Positions 26,927 through 37,054 of a stretch of DNA of 64,000 bases are shown in pieces (position 1 is the first letter of the stretch; each line of letters begins with the position of its first letter). Location: the NCBI RefSeq assembly GCF_947490415.1, contig NZ_CANLGX010000003.1, positions 391,821-455,820 of the forward strand, written 5' to 3'. Both the position numbers and the translations under genes were made by a program. This DNA is from an uncultured Eudoraea sp. (lineage in GTDB: Bacteria; Bacteroidota; Bacteroidia; Flavobacteriales; Flavobacteriaceae). The notes under the pieces were generated by a model. It was not told where the DNA came from and did no database searches. It saw only the letters and a program-made list of their open reading frames with translations.

Positions 26927-29764
26927 ATGTTGCTACAGCGCATTCGAACTTTTCTGTTAATAACTTCTAACCTATATTTCATATTTGGGATTGGTGGTAT
27001 TTATGCGCAACACAATAATAACCTAAAAGCCACCTTGGAGTCCGAAACCAGGGAAATTAATATCCAACAGGAATTTGAATATTTAAATGATTCACAGGAT
27101 ACCCTAAGCGTATTGTATTTTAATGATTGGGCAAATGCCTATTCCGATAAAAACACTGCTCTTGCAAAACGATTCGCGGAGGAATTTAAAAAGAGTCTTC
27201 ATTTAGCCAAAGAAAAAGATCGGGGCAGGACAGAAATTTTTACCATTGTAGATGATGAATACCGAGCTATCTCCTGGGGTAGAACTTATGGTCTGGATAT
27301 CATTAAAATTGAACTTAATAAGCCTTTGGCTCCGGGTAATTCTGCTAAATTATTTATTACATATACTGTTAAACTCCCACCAAATAAATATACTCCCTAT
27401 GGATATAACAATGAAGGAGGTTATTATTTAAAAGATTGGTATCTCACCCCGGCGGTTTATGATGGTCAATGGCAATTGTATTCAAACAAAAATCTTGAAG
27501 ACCTGCATACGGGTAATACAAATACCAATATTATTTTCAGCTATCCAGATTCGTTATTCTTTGGCACTAATTTCAAGGAAGTGAATATAACAGGCTTTGC
27601 AGGAAAAAAACAGGCTACCCTGGAAGGGGTAAACAGGAAGAGTTGTTACATTATTCTGAATTCACTAAAAAAGTTCACAAAACATGTCACTCCGGAACTT
27701 ATAGTAGTCACAGATCTAAAGGCCACAAAATATGATGAAATTTCACAGGGGGTTTCAATTAACAGGATTTCGCGCTTTATTCATGATAACCTGGGAGACT
27801 TTCCTTATGAGCAGCTACTGGTGAGTGAAGTGGATTTTAATAAAAACCCAATTTATGGGTTAAATCAGCTACCTTCTTTTATACGACCTTATGAGAAGCA
27901 GTTCCAGTTTGAAATGACATTTATGAAAACTGCACTTAACAGTTATATGAGAGAATCCATATTCCTTAATCCAAGAAAGGAAAAATGGGTGGGAGATGCA
28001 GTGATCAATTACATGATGATAAAATTCGTGGAAGAGTTTTATCCCGATCAAAAAATGCTGGGAAAACTATCTAAGGGTTGGTTGATTAAAGGATTTCATT
28101 TGGCGCAAATGGATTTCAATGAACAATATTCCTTTTTATATATGTTTACAGCTAGAAAAAACCTTGATCAGGCGCTCAGCACACCTAATGACTCCCTTAT
28201 AAAATTTAATCAGAAAATAGCCAATACTTATAAAGCAGGACTCGGCTTAGCCTATCTCGCCGATTACACTAGTGTTGATAAGATTGATTCAGCTATTAAA
28301 GAGTTTTATGAACAATATAAATTAAAATCTGTAAGACCATCTGATTTCGAGCGTATTTTAAAGGAGAATTCCGAAAAGGATATCGATTGGTTTTTTAAGA
28401 GCTATGTCTCAACCGACGAACGTATTGATTTTAAGATATCTAAAGTGATTAAAACACAGGATTCCCTCTATGTAACTCTTAAAAACAAAACGGGCACAGA
28501 CGCTCCAATATCCTTATTCGGATTGAAAAAAAACAAGGTAATATCTGAATATTGGTTTGATGGAATCAAAACCGAACAAACTTTTAGTATACCGCGAAAT
28601 TTGGAAGATAAGTTGGTCCTTAATTACGATCATACCATTCCGGAATTTAATCAGAGAGATAACTGGAAAGCGTTAAATGGTTTCTTTCTCAGTAATAAAA
28701 AGTTAAAACTTCAATTTTTTAAAGACGCAGAAGATCCCTATTACAACCAAATTTTTTACATGCCAACATTAGGTTTTAATATATATGATGGCCTAAGTCC
28801 GGGGATTAGATTTACTAATAAAACACTTCTTGAACGACCTTTTGTATTTGATTTTTCTCCAGAATATTCATTCAAGGAAAAAACATTAGTCGGAAATGGT
28901 AAACTTACCTACAGGCACTATCATGGAAAGAGTGGATTTTACGTTACTAATTATGCACTACGCGGATCTTCTTCTCATTTTCAGGTCAATTCGCGCTATA
29001 GTACGTTTACCCCCTCCGTTAGTTTTGGATGGCGCCCTGAAGACCTTATTTCCAATAAACGGCAGTTGCTTACCTTGAGATACGTTAATGTATTTAGAAA
29101 TATTGATCCAAGCCTTGATATAGAAACCGATCCTGATTATAGCGTATTGAATGCAAGGTTTAGGAATACAAACAACGGAATTATCGACTATTTTTCATGG
29201 TTTGCAGACGCTCAACACTCTTCTGACTTTACCAAATTGTCTTTCAATCTCGAGTACCGGAAATTATTTATAAATAATACCCAATTTAACTTTCGCTTTT
29301 TCGCCGGAAAATTTTTAAGAAACAAGACAACCGGAGATTATTTTAGTTTCGCCCTGGACAGGCCCACCGATTATTTATTTGATTATAATTATCTGGGCAG
29401 ATCTGAAGATTCGGGGATATGGAGTCAGCAACTGATTATTGCCGAAGGTGGGTTTAAATCTCAATTGGAGAACCCTTTTTCTAACGATTGGATCGCTACC
29501 ACTAATTCCAGCGTTAATATTTGGAAATGGGTAGAGGTGTATGGCGATTTAGGGTTTATTAAAAACCAAAATCAGCCCACAAGATTCGTATATGACTCAG
29601 GGATACGTCTTAATTTACTTACAGATTATTTTGAATTATATTTACCCCTATATTCAAACAATGGTTGGGAAATTGCACAGCCGAACTATGCAGAAAGAAT
29701 TCGCTTTATAGTCACCCTAAGTCCTAAAACTCTAATAGGTCTTTTCACCAGACAATGGTTTTAG
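26927..29764 (+). CDS. Secreted M1-peptidase-like protein lacking the catalytic zinc ligands (probable pseudopeptidase), with a large C-terminal region ending in Phe
   Basis: A signal-like N-terminus is present. 'FQFEMTFMKTAL' (FEMTF at 27908-27922) occupies the position of 'HEMAH'. 'WVGDAVINY' replaces 'WLHEGFATY'. Compare the bona fide M1 gene at 44838-46928. Confidence 0.6.
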   Translation: MLLQRIRTFLLITSNLYFIFGIGGIYAQHNNNLKATLESETREINIQQEFEYLNDSQDTLSVLYFNDWANAYSDKNTALAKRFAEEFKKSLHLAKEKDRGRTEIFTIVDDEYRAISWGRTYGLDIIKIELNKPLAPGNSAKLFITYTVKLPPNKYTPYGYNNEGGYYLKDWYLTPAVYDGQWQLYSNKNLEDLHTGNTNTNIIFSYPDSLFFGTNFKEVNITGFAGKKQATLEGVNRKSCYIILNSLKKFTKHVTPELIVVTDLKATKYDEISQGVSINRISRFIHDNLGDFPYEQLLVSEVDFNKNPIYGLNQLPSFIRPYEKQFQFEMTFMKTALNSYMRESIFLNPRKEKWVGDAVINYMMIKFVEEFYPDQKMLGKLSKGWLIKGFHLAQMDFNEQYSFLYMFTARKNLDQALSTPNDSLIKFNQKIANTYKAGLGLAYLADYTSVDKIDSAIKEFYEQYKLKSVRPSDFERILKENSEKDIDWFFKSYVSTDERIDFKISKVIKTQDSLYVTLKNKTGTDAPISLFGLKKNKVISEYWFDGIKTEQTFSIPRNLEDKLVLNYDHTIPEFNQRDNWKALNGFFLSNKKLKLQFFKDAEDPYYNQIFYMPTLGFNIYDGLSPGIRFTNKTLLERPFVFDFSPEYSFKEKTLVGNGKLTYRHYHGKSGFYVTNYALRGSSSHFQVNSRYSTFTPSVSFGWRPEDLISNKRQLLTLRYVNVFRNIDPSLDIETDPDYSVLNARFRNTNNGIIDYFSWFADAQHSSDFTKLSFNLEYRKLFINNTQFNFRFFAGKFLRNKTTGDYFSFALDRPTDYLFDYNYLGRSEDSGIWSQQLIIAEGGFKSQLENPFSNDWIATTNSSVNIWKWVEVYGDLGFIKNQNQPTRFVYDSGIRLNLLTDYFELYLPLYSNNGWEIAQPNYAERIRFIVTLSPKTLIGLFTRQWF

Positions 29765-29896
29765 AAATTATGCTATTCTTAGAAAATTTGTAATTTTTTA
29801 AATTATTTATAATCAACAGTTATTTTTTAGCTATTTTTTTGCTGATTCATTAATAAAAAACCACTTTTTTTGATTGTAAAAACCATCCCTTTTTTA

Positions 29897-29904
29897 TATT
29901 TTTG
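29897..29904 (+). promoter_or_regulatory. -7 promoter box TATTTTTG
   Basis: TAnnTTTG match 18 nt upstream of ATG 29922. Confidence 0.4.
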
Positions 29905-29921
29905 CTGCAAATCTTTCCCTA

Positions 29922-32333
29922 ATGAGTTTAAAACTACAAACCAGTGATGATATTTCCTTTGAGGATTTTAGGGAACAGATTTTAACAGATTATGAAATAG
30001 CAGTCACCAGCCGTGAGTGTAGTATTTTGGGGAGAAGAGAGGTTCTGACAGGTAAAGCCAAATTTGGAATTTTTGGAGATGGAAAGGAATTGCCTCAATT
30101 AGCAATGGCCAGATCTTTCAGAAACGGCGACTTTAGAAGCGGTTACTATAGAGATCAAACTTTTATGATGGCTCTCGGGCAACTAAGCCCAAAAGACCTT
30201 TTTCACGGCCTCTATGCAACTACAGATATAGAAAAAGAACCTATGAGTGCCGGGAGGCAAATGGGTGGTCATTTCGGATCTTACAGCCTTAATCCGGACG
30301 GTTCATGGAAGGACCTCACCGAACAAAAAAATAGTAGTCCAGATATATCTCCAACCGCAGGTCAGATGCCACGACTTCTTGGTCTGGCACAGGCTTCGAA
30401 AATCTACCGCAATGTCAAAGGGATTGATAGCACTAAGTTTTCTAATAATGGAAATGAAGTAGCCTGGGGTACAATAGGCAATGCCAGCACATCTGAAGGT
30501 CATTTTTTTGAAACATTCAATGCCGCTGGCGTTTTGCAAGTACCTATGATTATTAGTGTATGGGATGATCAGTATGGAATTTCAGTGCCTGCCAGATTCC
30601 AGACAACCAAAGAAGATATTTCAGAAGTTCTTAAAGGATTCCAAAGAGATGAAAATAATAAGGGTTATGAGATTCTAAAAGTAAAAGGCTACGATTATAC
30701 TGCACTAATTCATGCCTATGAAAACGCTTCAGAACTCGCCAGGGAAGAGCATATCCCTGTATTAATTCATGTTACAGAACTCACTCAACCACAGGGGCAT
30801 TCAACTTCAGGATCACAGGAGAGATATAAAAGTGAGGATAGATTGCTCTGGGAAAAAGAAAATGATTGTAACAAGCGATTCAGAGAATGGATACTTGAAA
30901 ATAAAATTGCGGATAATGAATCATTGTCAGCTCTTGAATTAGCTATTAAAAAAGAAGTCAGAGCCGCAAAAAAGGAAGCTTGGCTAGAATTCTTAGCCCC
31001 CCATAGAGAGGCCAAAAAAGTCCTGATAGGACTGTTGGATAAACTGGCTATGAATAGCCCTAACAGGGCGTTTATAACTAAAATCAAGAACGATCTTATT
31101 GCTATAGAAGAGCCCTTAAAAAAAGATTTGGCTTCCAACTCTAGAAAGGCCCTTCGCCATGTAATAGGTGAAAATTCTAAGGAAAAAGATGCTTTGATAA
31201 AATGGGTTGAAAATTTCCTTGAGGACTCGCAAACAAAATTTAGCTCACACCTTTATAGTGAATTATCCAACAAGGCTACAAACATTGAAGAAATAAGACC
31301 TATATACAATGATAAACCTGAAAAAGTAGATGGAAGGATTATTTTAAGAGATAATTTTGATAAGCTTTTTGGCAAATATCCACAAGCGCTCATATTTGGA
31401 GAAGATAGTGGTGCTATTGGCGACGTAAACCAGGGACTAGAGGGGCTCCAGCAGAAATATGGTGAATTGCGAATTGCGGATACAGGTATACGTGAGACTA
31501 CAATTATTGGACAAGGAATTGGGCTGGCACTAAGGGGTCTTAGACCTATAGCAGAAATACAATATCTGGATTATCTGCTATATGGCTTGCAGACTTTAAG
31601 TGATGATCTGGCAACTTTGCTTTACCGTACAGTTGGCAAACAAAAAGCTCCTTTAATTGTCCGTACCCGTGGACATCGCTTAGAGGGTATTTGGCATTCC
31701 GGTTCTCAAATGGGCGGCATTATACACTTTCTTAGAGGGATGTATTTGTTGGTGCCCAGGAATATGACTAAAGCAGCCGGCTTTTATAATACATTAATGA
31801 AAAGTGATGAACCGGCATTAATTATTGAAAGTTTAAACGGTTATAGGCTTAAAGAAGACAAACCAAGTAACCTGGGTGAAATTTGCACCCCTATCGGCGT
31901 AGTTGAAATTGTTAAAGAAGGTTCCGATATTACTCTTTTGTCTTACGGTTCTACCCTGCGTATAGTGCAACATACTGCCCAGGAATTAAAAGGAGTAGGA
32001 ATTGATGCAGAGGTCATTGATGCGCAGTCTTTACTCCCTTTTGACCTTAGTAATACTGTCCTGAGCAGTATTAAAAAAACCAACAGACTGTTGATCATTG
32101 ATGAAGATGTACCCGGTGGATGCGCGGCTTATCTCATGCAGGATATTATTGAACGTCAGGGAGCTTATAAATACCTGGACAGCGCACCCCAAACCCTTAC
32201 GGCAAAAGCTCACAGGCCGGCATATGCTTCAGATGGGGACTATTTTTCTAAACCAAATGCGGAGGACATGTTTGAAAAAGTATATGAAATTATGCATGAG
32301 GCAAATCCGGCTGAATATCCAAAACTCCGCTAA
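29922..32333 (+). CDS. Fused alpha/beta E1 component of a 2-oxo acid dehydrogenase (TPP-dependent)
   Basis: The protein is 803 aa. The N-terminal half is E1-alpha-like. The C-terminal half has E1-beta blocks 'RIADTGIRETTIIGQGIGLALRGLRPIAEIQYLDY'. Confidence 0.85.
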   Translation: MSLKLQTSDDISFEDFREQILTDYEIAVTSRECSILGRREVLTGKAKFGIFGDGKELPQLAMARSFRNGDFRSGYYRDQTFMMALGQLSPKDLFHGLYATTDIEKEPMSAGRQMGGHFGSYSLNPDGSWKDLTEQKNSSPDISPTAGQMPRLLGLAQASKIYRNVKGIDSTKFSNNGNEVAWGTIGNASTSEGHFFETFNAAGVLQVPMIISVWDDQYGISVPARFQTTKEDISEVLKGFQRDENNKGYEILKVKGYDYTALIHAYENASELAREEHIPVLIHVTELTQPQGHSTSGSQERYKSEDRLLWEKENDCNKRFREWILENKIADNESLSALELAIKKEVRAAKKEAWLEFLAPHREAKKVLIGLLDKLAMNSPNRAFITKIKNDLIAIEEPLKKDLASNSRKALRHVIGENSKEKDALIKWVENFLEDSQTKFSSHLYSELSNKATNIEEIRPIYNDKPEKVDGRIILRDNFDKLFGKYPQALIFGEDSGAIGDVNQGLEGLQQKYGELRIADTGIRETTIIGQGIGLALRGLRPIAEIQYLDYLLYGLQTLSDDLATLLYRTVGKQKAPLIVRTRGHRLEGIWHSGSQMGGIIHFLRGMYLLVPRNMTKAAGFYNTLMKSDEPALIIESLNGYRLKEDKPSNLGEICTPIGVVEIVKEGSDITLLSYGSTLRIVQHTAQELKGVGIDAEVIDAQSLLPFDLSNTVLSSIKKTNRLLIIDEDVPGGCAAYLMQDIIERQGAYKYLDSAPQTLTAKAHRPAYASDGDYFSKPNAEDMFEKVYEIMHEANPAEYPKLR

Positions 32334-32492
32334 GAGAAATACTCTGTAATCATCTTAGCTTATTTTCGATTCACTAACATATATTCCTGGATCATGGCTC
32401 TAAACTGTCATTTTGTATTTGGTGAATTCTAAACTAATTGACAAAAAGTTCTCAAAAAAAAGCTTACTTTAGATTCTCCAATCTTAAAATGA

Positions 32493-32870
32493 ATGAATAA
32501 AAAACTTAAAAGTGATATTGGTCTGGCAGTTCTCCGTATTCTTCCTTCGGCCTTTTTATTGTCTCACGGTATTCCCAAATTGCAAAAACTTTTAAACGGA
32601 GATTTTCAATTTGCCGATCCTATTGGAATAGGCTCTACACCTTCTCTGTTTCTCGCGGTTATTGGGGAATTCATTTGCCCTATACTGGTAATAGTTGGTT
32701 ATAAAACCCGTTGGGCCTCCTTACCAATTGTAATAACAATGGCTGTAGCTGCTTTTATTGTTCACGGTTCAGATCCTTTCGGAAAAAAAGAACTTGCTCT
32801 ATTGTATTTAGTGAGTTTCCTGCTTATAATACTGCTTGGTCCGGGACGTTATAGTATCGACAAAAAATAG
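32493..32870 (+). CDS. DoxX family membrane protein
   Basis: The protein is 125 aa with four predicted TM helices, and 'LRILPSAFLLSHGIPKL' is typical of DoxX. Confidence 0.75.
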   Translation: MNKKLKSDIGLAVLRILPSAFLLSHGIPKLQKLLNGDFQFADPIGIGSTPSLFLAVIGEFICPILVIVGYKTRWASLPIVITMAVAAFIVHGSDPFGKKELALLYLVSFLLIILLGPGRYSIDKK

Positions 32871-32875
32871 ACGTT

Positions 32876-33880
32876 CTATATTATTTTGACCAGAAGTTCT
32901 TTTAGAAGATCAGCTTGTGAAATATTATAAGCCCCTACCCCTTTTCCTTTTAAGTCCATTTCACGTAAATAAGCAATAATACTGCTAACCCGTTTCATGG
33001 GATAATTTTTGGATGCTATCTGAAACTCTCCCACAAAATAAGGGTTGATCCGTAAAGCTGAAGCCACATTCTTGGGTGAATGGTCCGTTAGACCATGATA
33101 TTGTAATAACTGTGTGAAAAAATTATGCAAAAGGCTAACGGTTACAACAAATGGATTATCTTTTGGATTCTGGGCAAAATAATTTATAATTCTGGTGGCT
33201 TTTACAATATTTTTTTCTCCTATTGCTTTTTTTAATTCAAAATTATTATAGTCTTTGCTTATTCCTATATGTTTTTCTATCAGATCGGGGTTTATTTCGG
33301 TGTTCTTTGGAAGTACTAATTGTAATTTTTCCAATTCATTGTTAATTCTGCTCAGGTCTGTTCCAAGATACTCTACTAATAAAACTGAAGCCTTATGTGA
33401 AATGGCATAACCCTTCTGTTTTAAAGTTAGTCTTATCCAATCTGATACCTGATTTTCATATAGTTTCTTGCTGTCAAAAATGACACTTCCATTTCCAAGA
33501 AGAGTTTTGTGCAATTTTTTGCGCTTATCCAGTTTTTTATATTTATAACAGAATACAAGTACGGTAGAAGTCTGTGGATTTTCAGCATAAGAAGATAATT
33601 CCTCTATATTTCTTGATAAATGCTGTGCTTCCTTAACAATAACTACCTGTCTTTCAGACATCATGGGATATCTCTTGGCATTAGCCAACACCTGCTCCAG
33701 TGATGTTTCCTTCCCGTATAGTACCATTTGATTAAAACCTTTCTCCTCCTCGGTAAGAATATTATCACTAATAAACTGAGCTATTTTATCAATATAATAA
33801 GGTTCATCGCCCATCAAAAAATATATAGGGCTAATGTTCCCGTTGCGGATGTCATTTACAATCTGCTTTACTTCTTCCAT
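32876..33880 (-). CDS. holA: DNA polymerase III subunit delta
   Basis: The N-terminus 'ISPIYFLMGDEPYYID' is typical. The 334-aa length and helical C-terminal domain pattern also fit. Confidence 0.8.
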   Translation of the reverse strand: MEEVKQIVNDIRNGNISPIYFLMGDEPYYIDKIAQFISDNILTEEEKGFNQMVLYGKETSLEQVLANAKRYPMMSERQVVIVKEAQHLSRNIEELSSYAENPQTSTVLVFCYKYKKLDKRKKLHKTLLGNGSVIFDSKKLYENQVSDWIRLTLKQKGYAISHKASVLLVEYLGTDLSRINNELEKLQLVLPKNTEINPDLIEKHIGISKDYNNFELKKAIGEKNIVKATRIINYFAQNPKDNPFVVTVSLLHNFFTQLLQYHGLTDHSPKNVASALRINPYFVGEFQIASKNYPMKRVSSIIAYLREMDLKGKGVGAYNISQADLLKELLVKII

Positions 33881-33906
33881 CCAAAAAAAATTACCAAATT
33901 TGCTTT

Positions 33907-34353
33907 ATGCTATCTCTCAATTTTCCCAGCTACAATTTCCGATTCAAAAGTAGCGAAAATAAGCAGCAGATTTTTGATATAATACGCAAAAAATTTGTTA
34001 GCCTGCAGCCCGAGGAATGGGTGAGACAGCACGTAATTCATTATTTAAGCGTGGATAAGAAATACCCAACGTCTTTAATTAATGTTGAAAAAACCTTATC
34101 ATTAAACGGTTTGAAAAAAAGATATGATGTGGTAGTCTTCAATAGCGATGGTAGCATCCATATTCTTGTTGAATGTAAATCGCCAAACGTCACAGTCTCG
34201 CAAGTTGTTTTCGATCAAATCGCACGATATAACATGAAAATGCAAGCAGAATACCTTATGGTAACTAATGGTTTAGATCATTTTTATTGTAATATGAATT
34301 ATGAAGAAGAAAAATATTCATTTTTAAGGCAAATTCCTGATTTTAGCCGTTAA
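33907..34353 (+). CDS. Type I restriction enzyme HsdR N-terminal domain-like (PD-(D/E)xK fold) small protein
   Basis: 'YDVVVFNSDGSIHILVECKSP' carries a D...E-x-K motif. Length is 148 aa. It is divergent from holA with only 26 nt between the start codons. Confidence 0.7.
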   Translation: MLSLNFPSYNFRFKSSENKQQIFDIIRKKFVSLQPEEWVRQHVIHYLSVDKKYPTSLINVEKTLSLNGLKKRYDVVVFNSDGSIHILVECKSPNVTVSQVVFDQIARYNMKMQAEYLMVTNGLDHFYCNMNYEEEKYSFLRQIPDFSR

Positions 34354-34365
34354 TTTGCAACCGTT

Positions 34366-35367
34366 TTGAAATTTGCAATCGTCATACTTAATTGGAATGG
34401 AGAAGCCCTCCTGGAACGTTACTTGCCTCTGGTAGTACAATATTCCGGCAACGCTGATATCTATGTAGCAGATAATGCCTCTACTGATGGTTCTGTGGCT
34501 TTTGTTAAAAAAAACTATCCCAGTGTAAAGCTTATTCATAATAGTTCAAATTATGGCTTTGCTAAAGGGTACAACGACGCCTTAAAACAGGTTGATGCTG
34601 ACATCTATTGTCTCTTAAATTCAGATGTTGAAGTTACCCCCGGTTGGCTTGAACCCATAAAAGAAGCGTTTCTTAAGATTCCAGATGCCTCTATAATACA
34701 ACCCAAAATTCTAGACCTGTTGCGTCGGGATTATTTTGAATATGCGGGAGCGGCAGGTGGTTTTTTAGATCGGTTTGGATATCCGTTCTGCAGGGGACGT
34801 ATTTTTCAAACCATCGAAAAGGATGAAGGCCAGTATGATGATACTACAGAAGTTTTCTGGGCAACCGGTGCCAGTATGTTTATAAAAAGTGATGTTTTCC
34901 ATGATCTTGGTGGCTTTGATGAGGACTATTTTGCACACCAGGAAGAGGTTGATCTATGTTGGCGAGCGCAAAATAAGGGACTAAAGGTTTACTGCGTTGG
35001 AGGCTCATATGTTTATCATCTCGGAGGATCGACACTAAGTAATATGAATCCGAAAAAAACTTTTTTGAATTTTAGAAATTCACTTTATTCCATCACTAAA
35101 AACCTGCCCCGTAAGAAAGCTTTTCCCATTATTATTGTTCGCCTGTTCCTGGACGGCATAGCGGCCATTCGATTTATTTTACAACTTAAACCTGTTCATT
35201 GTTTAGCAATTATTAAAGCACATTTAAGCTATTACCGGCATTTTGGTAAAATGTATAAAAAAAGGGAAAAAGCCAATTTTATCACAATGTATCATATTAC
35301 AAAATCCATAGTGTGGTCTTATTTCGTAGATCATGTAAAGAATTTTAACATTTTAGTAAAAGATTAA
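34366..35367 (+). CDS. Family 2 glycosyltransferase
   Basis: 'IVILNWNG', 'DNASTDGS', 'LNSDVEV' and 'DEDYFAHQEEVDLCWR' are present. The TTG start is forced, because an in-frame TAA lies 12 nt upstream and the conserved N-terminus begins at once. Confidence 0.85.
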   Translation: MKFAIVILNWNGEALLERYLPLVVQYSGNADIYVADNASTDGSVAFVKKNYPSVKLIHNSSNYGFAKGYNDALKQVDADIYCLLNSDVEVTPGWLEPIKEAFLKIPDASIIQPKILDLLRRDYFEYAGAAGGFLDRFGYPFCRGRIFQTIEKDEGQYDDTTEVFWATGASMFIKSDVFHDLGGFDEDYFAHQEEVDLCWRAQNKGLKVYCVGGSYVYHLGGSTLSNMNPKKTFLNFRNSLYSITKNLPRKKAFPIIIVRLFLDGIAAIRFILQLKPVHCLAIIKAHLSYYRHFGKMYKKREKANFITMYHITKSIVWSYFVDHVKNFNILVKD

Positions 35368-35468
35368 CTAATTTTGACAAATCAAAGGAAATCAAATGTC
35401 ATAATTTTACCTTTTATTAAGTACGGTTCATTTAAAAAACAAACAATTAATTTTATATAAACATTATT

Positions 35469-36320
35469 ATGAAAAAATTTATTTTAGGCTTTTTGGGAAT
35501 GGCAGTTCTTTTATCTTCTTGTGTATCGCAAAAGAAATATGCCGAATTAGAAACTAAACAAAAAGAAACGCAGGACCTTTTAAATTCCGCTACAGTTAAA
35601 TTGAATTCCTGTCTTGAGGAAAAGGCAACAGCGGATGCAAGATTGCAAACTTTGGAAGATCAGAATGCATTCCTGAAATCAAATAATCAGGAATTAATAA
35701 ATAATATGGGGAACTTAACCACCCTAACAACAAAAGGGGCAGAAAATCTTGAGAAGTCTTTAGAAAGTCTACAGGAAAAAGATCTTACCATTCGTAAATT
35801 ACAAAATGCTATCACCAGACGAGATTCTGTGAACCTGGCTCTAGTACAAAGCCTCAAAGGCGTTCTCGGGAACTTAGATGATGAGGATATAGAAATTAGC
35901 GTTGAAAAGGGTGTGGTTTTTGTTTCAATTTCAGACAAACTTTTATTTAGTAGTGGTAGCTACAACATAACTGCAAGAGCTAAAGAAGTATTAGGAAAAG
36001 TAGCCCAAGTAGTTAATAACAAACCTGATTTTGAGTTTATGGTGGAAGGACACACAGATGATGTTCCTTATAGAAAAGGTGTATTACTAGACAACTGGGA
36101 TTTAAGTGTAAAAAGATCTACTGCAGTAGTTCGTATTTTACAAAATGATTATGGAGTAGATCCAAAAAGAATGACTGCGGCTGGAAGAGCAGAGTATGTC
36201 CCTGTTTCTCCAACAGATAAAGCCAGAAACAGGAGAACGAGAATTGTTGTTCTTCCAAAAATTGATCAGTTCTATAGTATGATTGAAGAAGGAATGAAAG
36301 ATCCTGCTATAAACGACTAA
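35469..36320 (+). CDS. OmpA/MotB-family peptidoglycan-binding lipoprotein with an N-terminal coiled coil
   Basis: Lipobox 'LLSSC' is present, together with 'VEGHTDDVPY', 'NWDLSVKRSTAV' and 'NRRTRIVVLP'. Confidence 0.85.
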   Translation: MKKFILGFLGMAVLLSSCVSQKKYAELETKQKETQDLLNSATVKLNSCLEEKATADARLQTLEDQNAFLKSNNQELINNMGNLTTLTTKGAENLEKSLESLQEKDLTIRKLQNAITRRDSVNLALVQSLKGVLGNLDDEDIEISVEKGVVFVSISDKLLFSSGSYNITARAKEVLGKVAQVVNNKPDFEFMVEGHTDDVPYRKGVLLDNWDLSVKRSTAVVRILQNDYGVDPKRMTAAGRAEYVPVSPTDKARNRRTRIVVLPKIDQFYSMIEEGMKDPAIND

Positions 36321-36341
36321 ATATTGAATTATCTAATAATT

Positions 36342-36371
36342 AAACCGCGGTCTTTGATCGCGGTTTTTTTT
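36342..36371. terminator. Rho-independent-type hairpin between convergent genes
   Basis: AAACCGCG (36342-36349) pairs with CGCGGTTT (36359-36366) across a 9-nt loop, followed by a T-run. Confidence 0.6.
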
Positions 36372-36990
36372 ATATAATATCCGGGTCTCCTTTCCCTACA
36401 CGAATTACTTCTGGTTCATCTCCTGAAAGATCAATAACAGTGGACCCCAAATTACCTCCATATCCCCCATCAATAACTATGTCTACCAAATTATGCCACT
36501 TCTCAAAAATTAACTCAGGATCTGTAGTATATTCCAAAAGTTCATCTTCATCTCGTATGGAAGTAGAAACAATGGGGTTGCCTAAGCCTTCCACAAGAGC
36601 CCTTGCAATATTGTTATCCGGAACTCTTATACCCACAGTCTTTCTTTTCTTAAAATCCTTGGGCAATTTACTGCTGCCTGGCAATACAAAAGTATAAGGG
36701 CCGGGAAGTGCTCGCTTTAGAATCTTAAAAGTTGGTGTATCTAATTGCCTGACGTAATCTGAAAGATTACTGAGGTCTGCACAAACAAAGGACCAGTACG
36801 CTTTTTCTAATTTAATTCCCTTTATACGAGCAATTTTTTCCATGGCCTTGGTATTAGTAATATCACAGCCTAGTCCATAAACCGTATCTGTAGGATATAT
36901 GATCAAACCTCCCTTTCGCAGGATGGATACCACCTTATCTATTTCCTTTGGATTAGGATTCTGCTCGTATATTTTAATGAATTCGGCCAT
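36370..36990 (-). CDS. tsaC: L-threonylcarbamoyladenylate synthase (YrdC/TsaC/Sua5 family)
   Basis: 'IIYPTDTVYGLGCD' and 'GIRVPDN' are present. The 206-aa length indicates a YrdC domain only. Confidence 0.85.
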   Translation of the reverse strand: MAEFIKIYEQNPNPKEIDKVVSILRKGGLIIYPTDTVYGLGCDITNTKAMEKIARIKGIKLEKAYWSFVCADLSNLSDYVRQLDTPTFKILKRALPGPYTFVLPGSSKLPKDFKKRKTVGIRVPDNNIARALVEGLGNPIVSTSIRDEDELLEYTTDPELIFEKWHNLVDIVIDGGYGGNLGSTVIDLSGDEPEVIRVGKGDPDII

Positions 36991-37054
36991 TTTCTTACTA
37001 AATATTTGAAGTAAATATTATTGCGGGTAACCCCAAATTAAAAGAATAAGAGTT

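Noticed and set aside
29922-32333. The fused E1 alpha/beta dehydrogenase stands alone, with no adjacent E2 or E3, which could be an anomaly.
   Set aside because: As far as I recall, stand-alone fused E1 genes are common in Flavobacteriia, so this is not unusual enough to flag.
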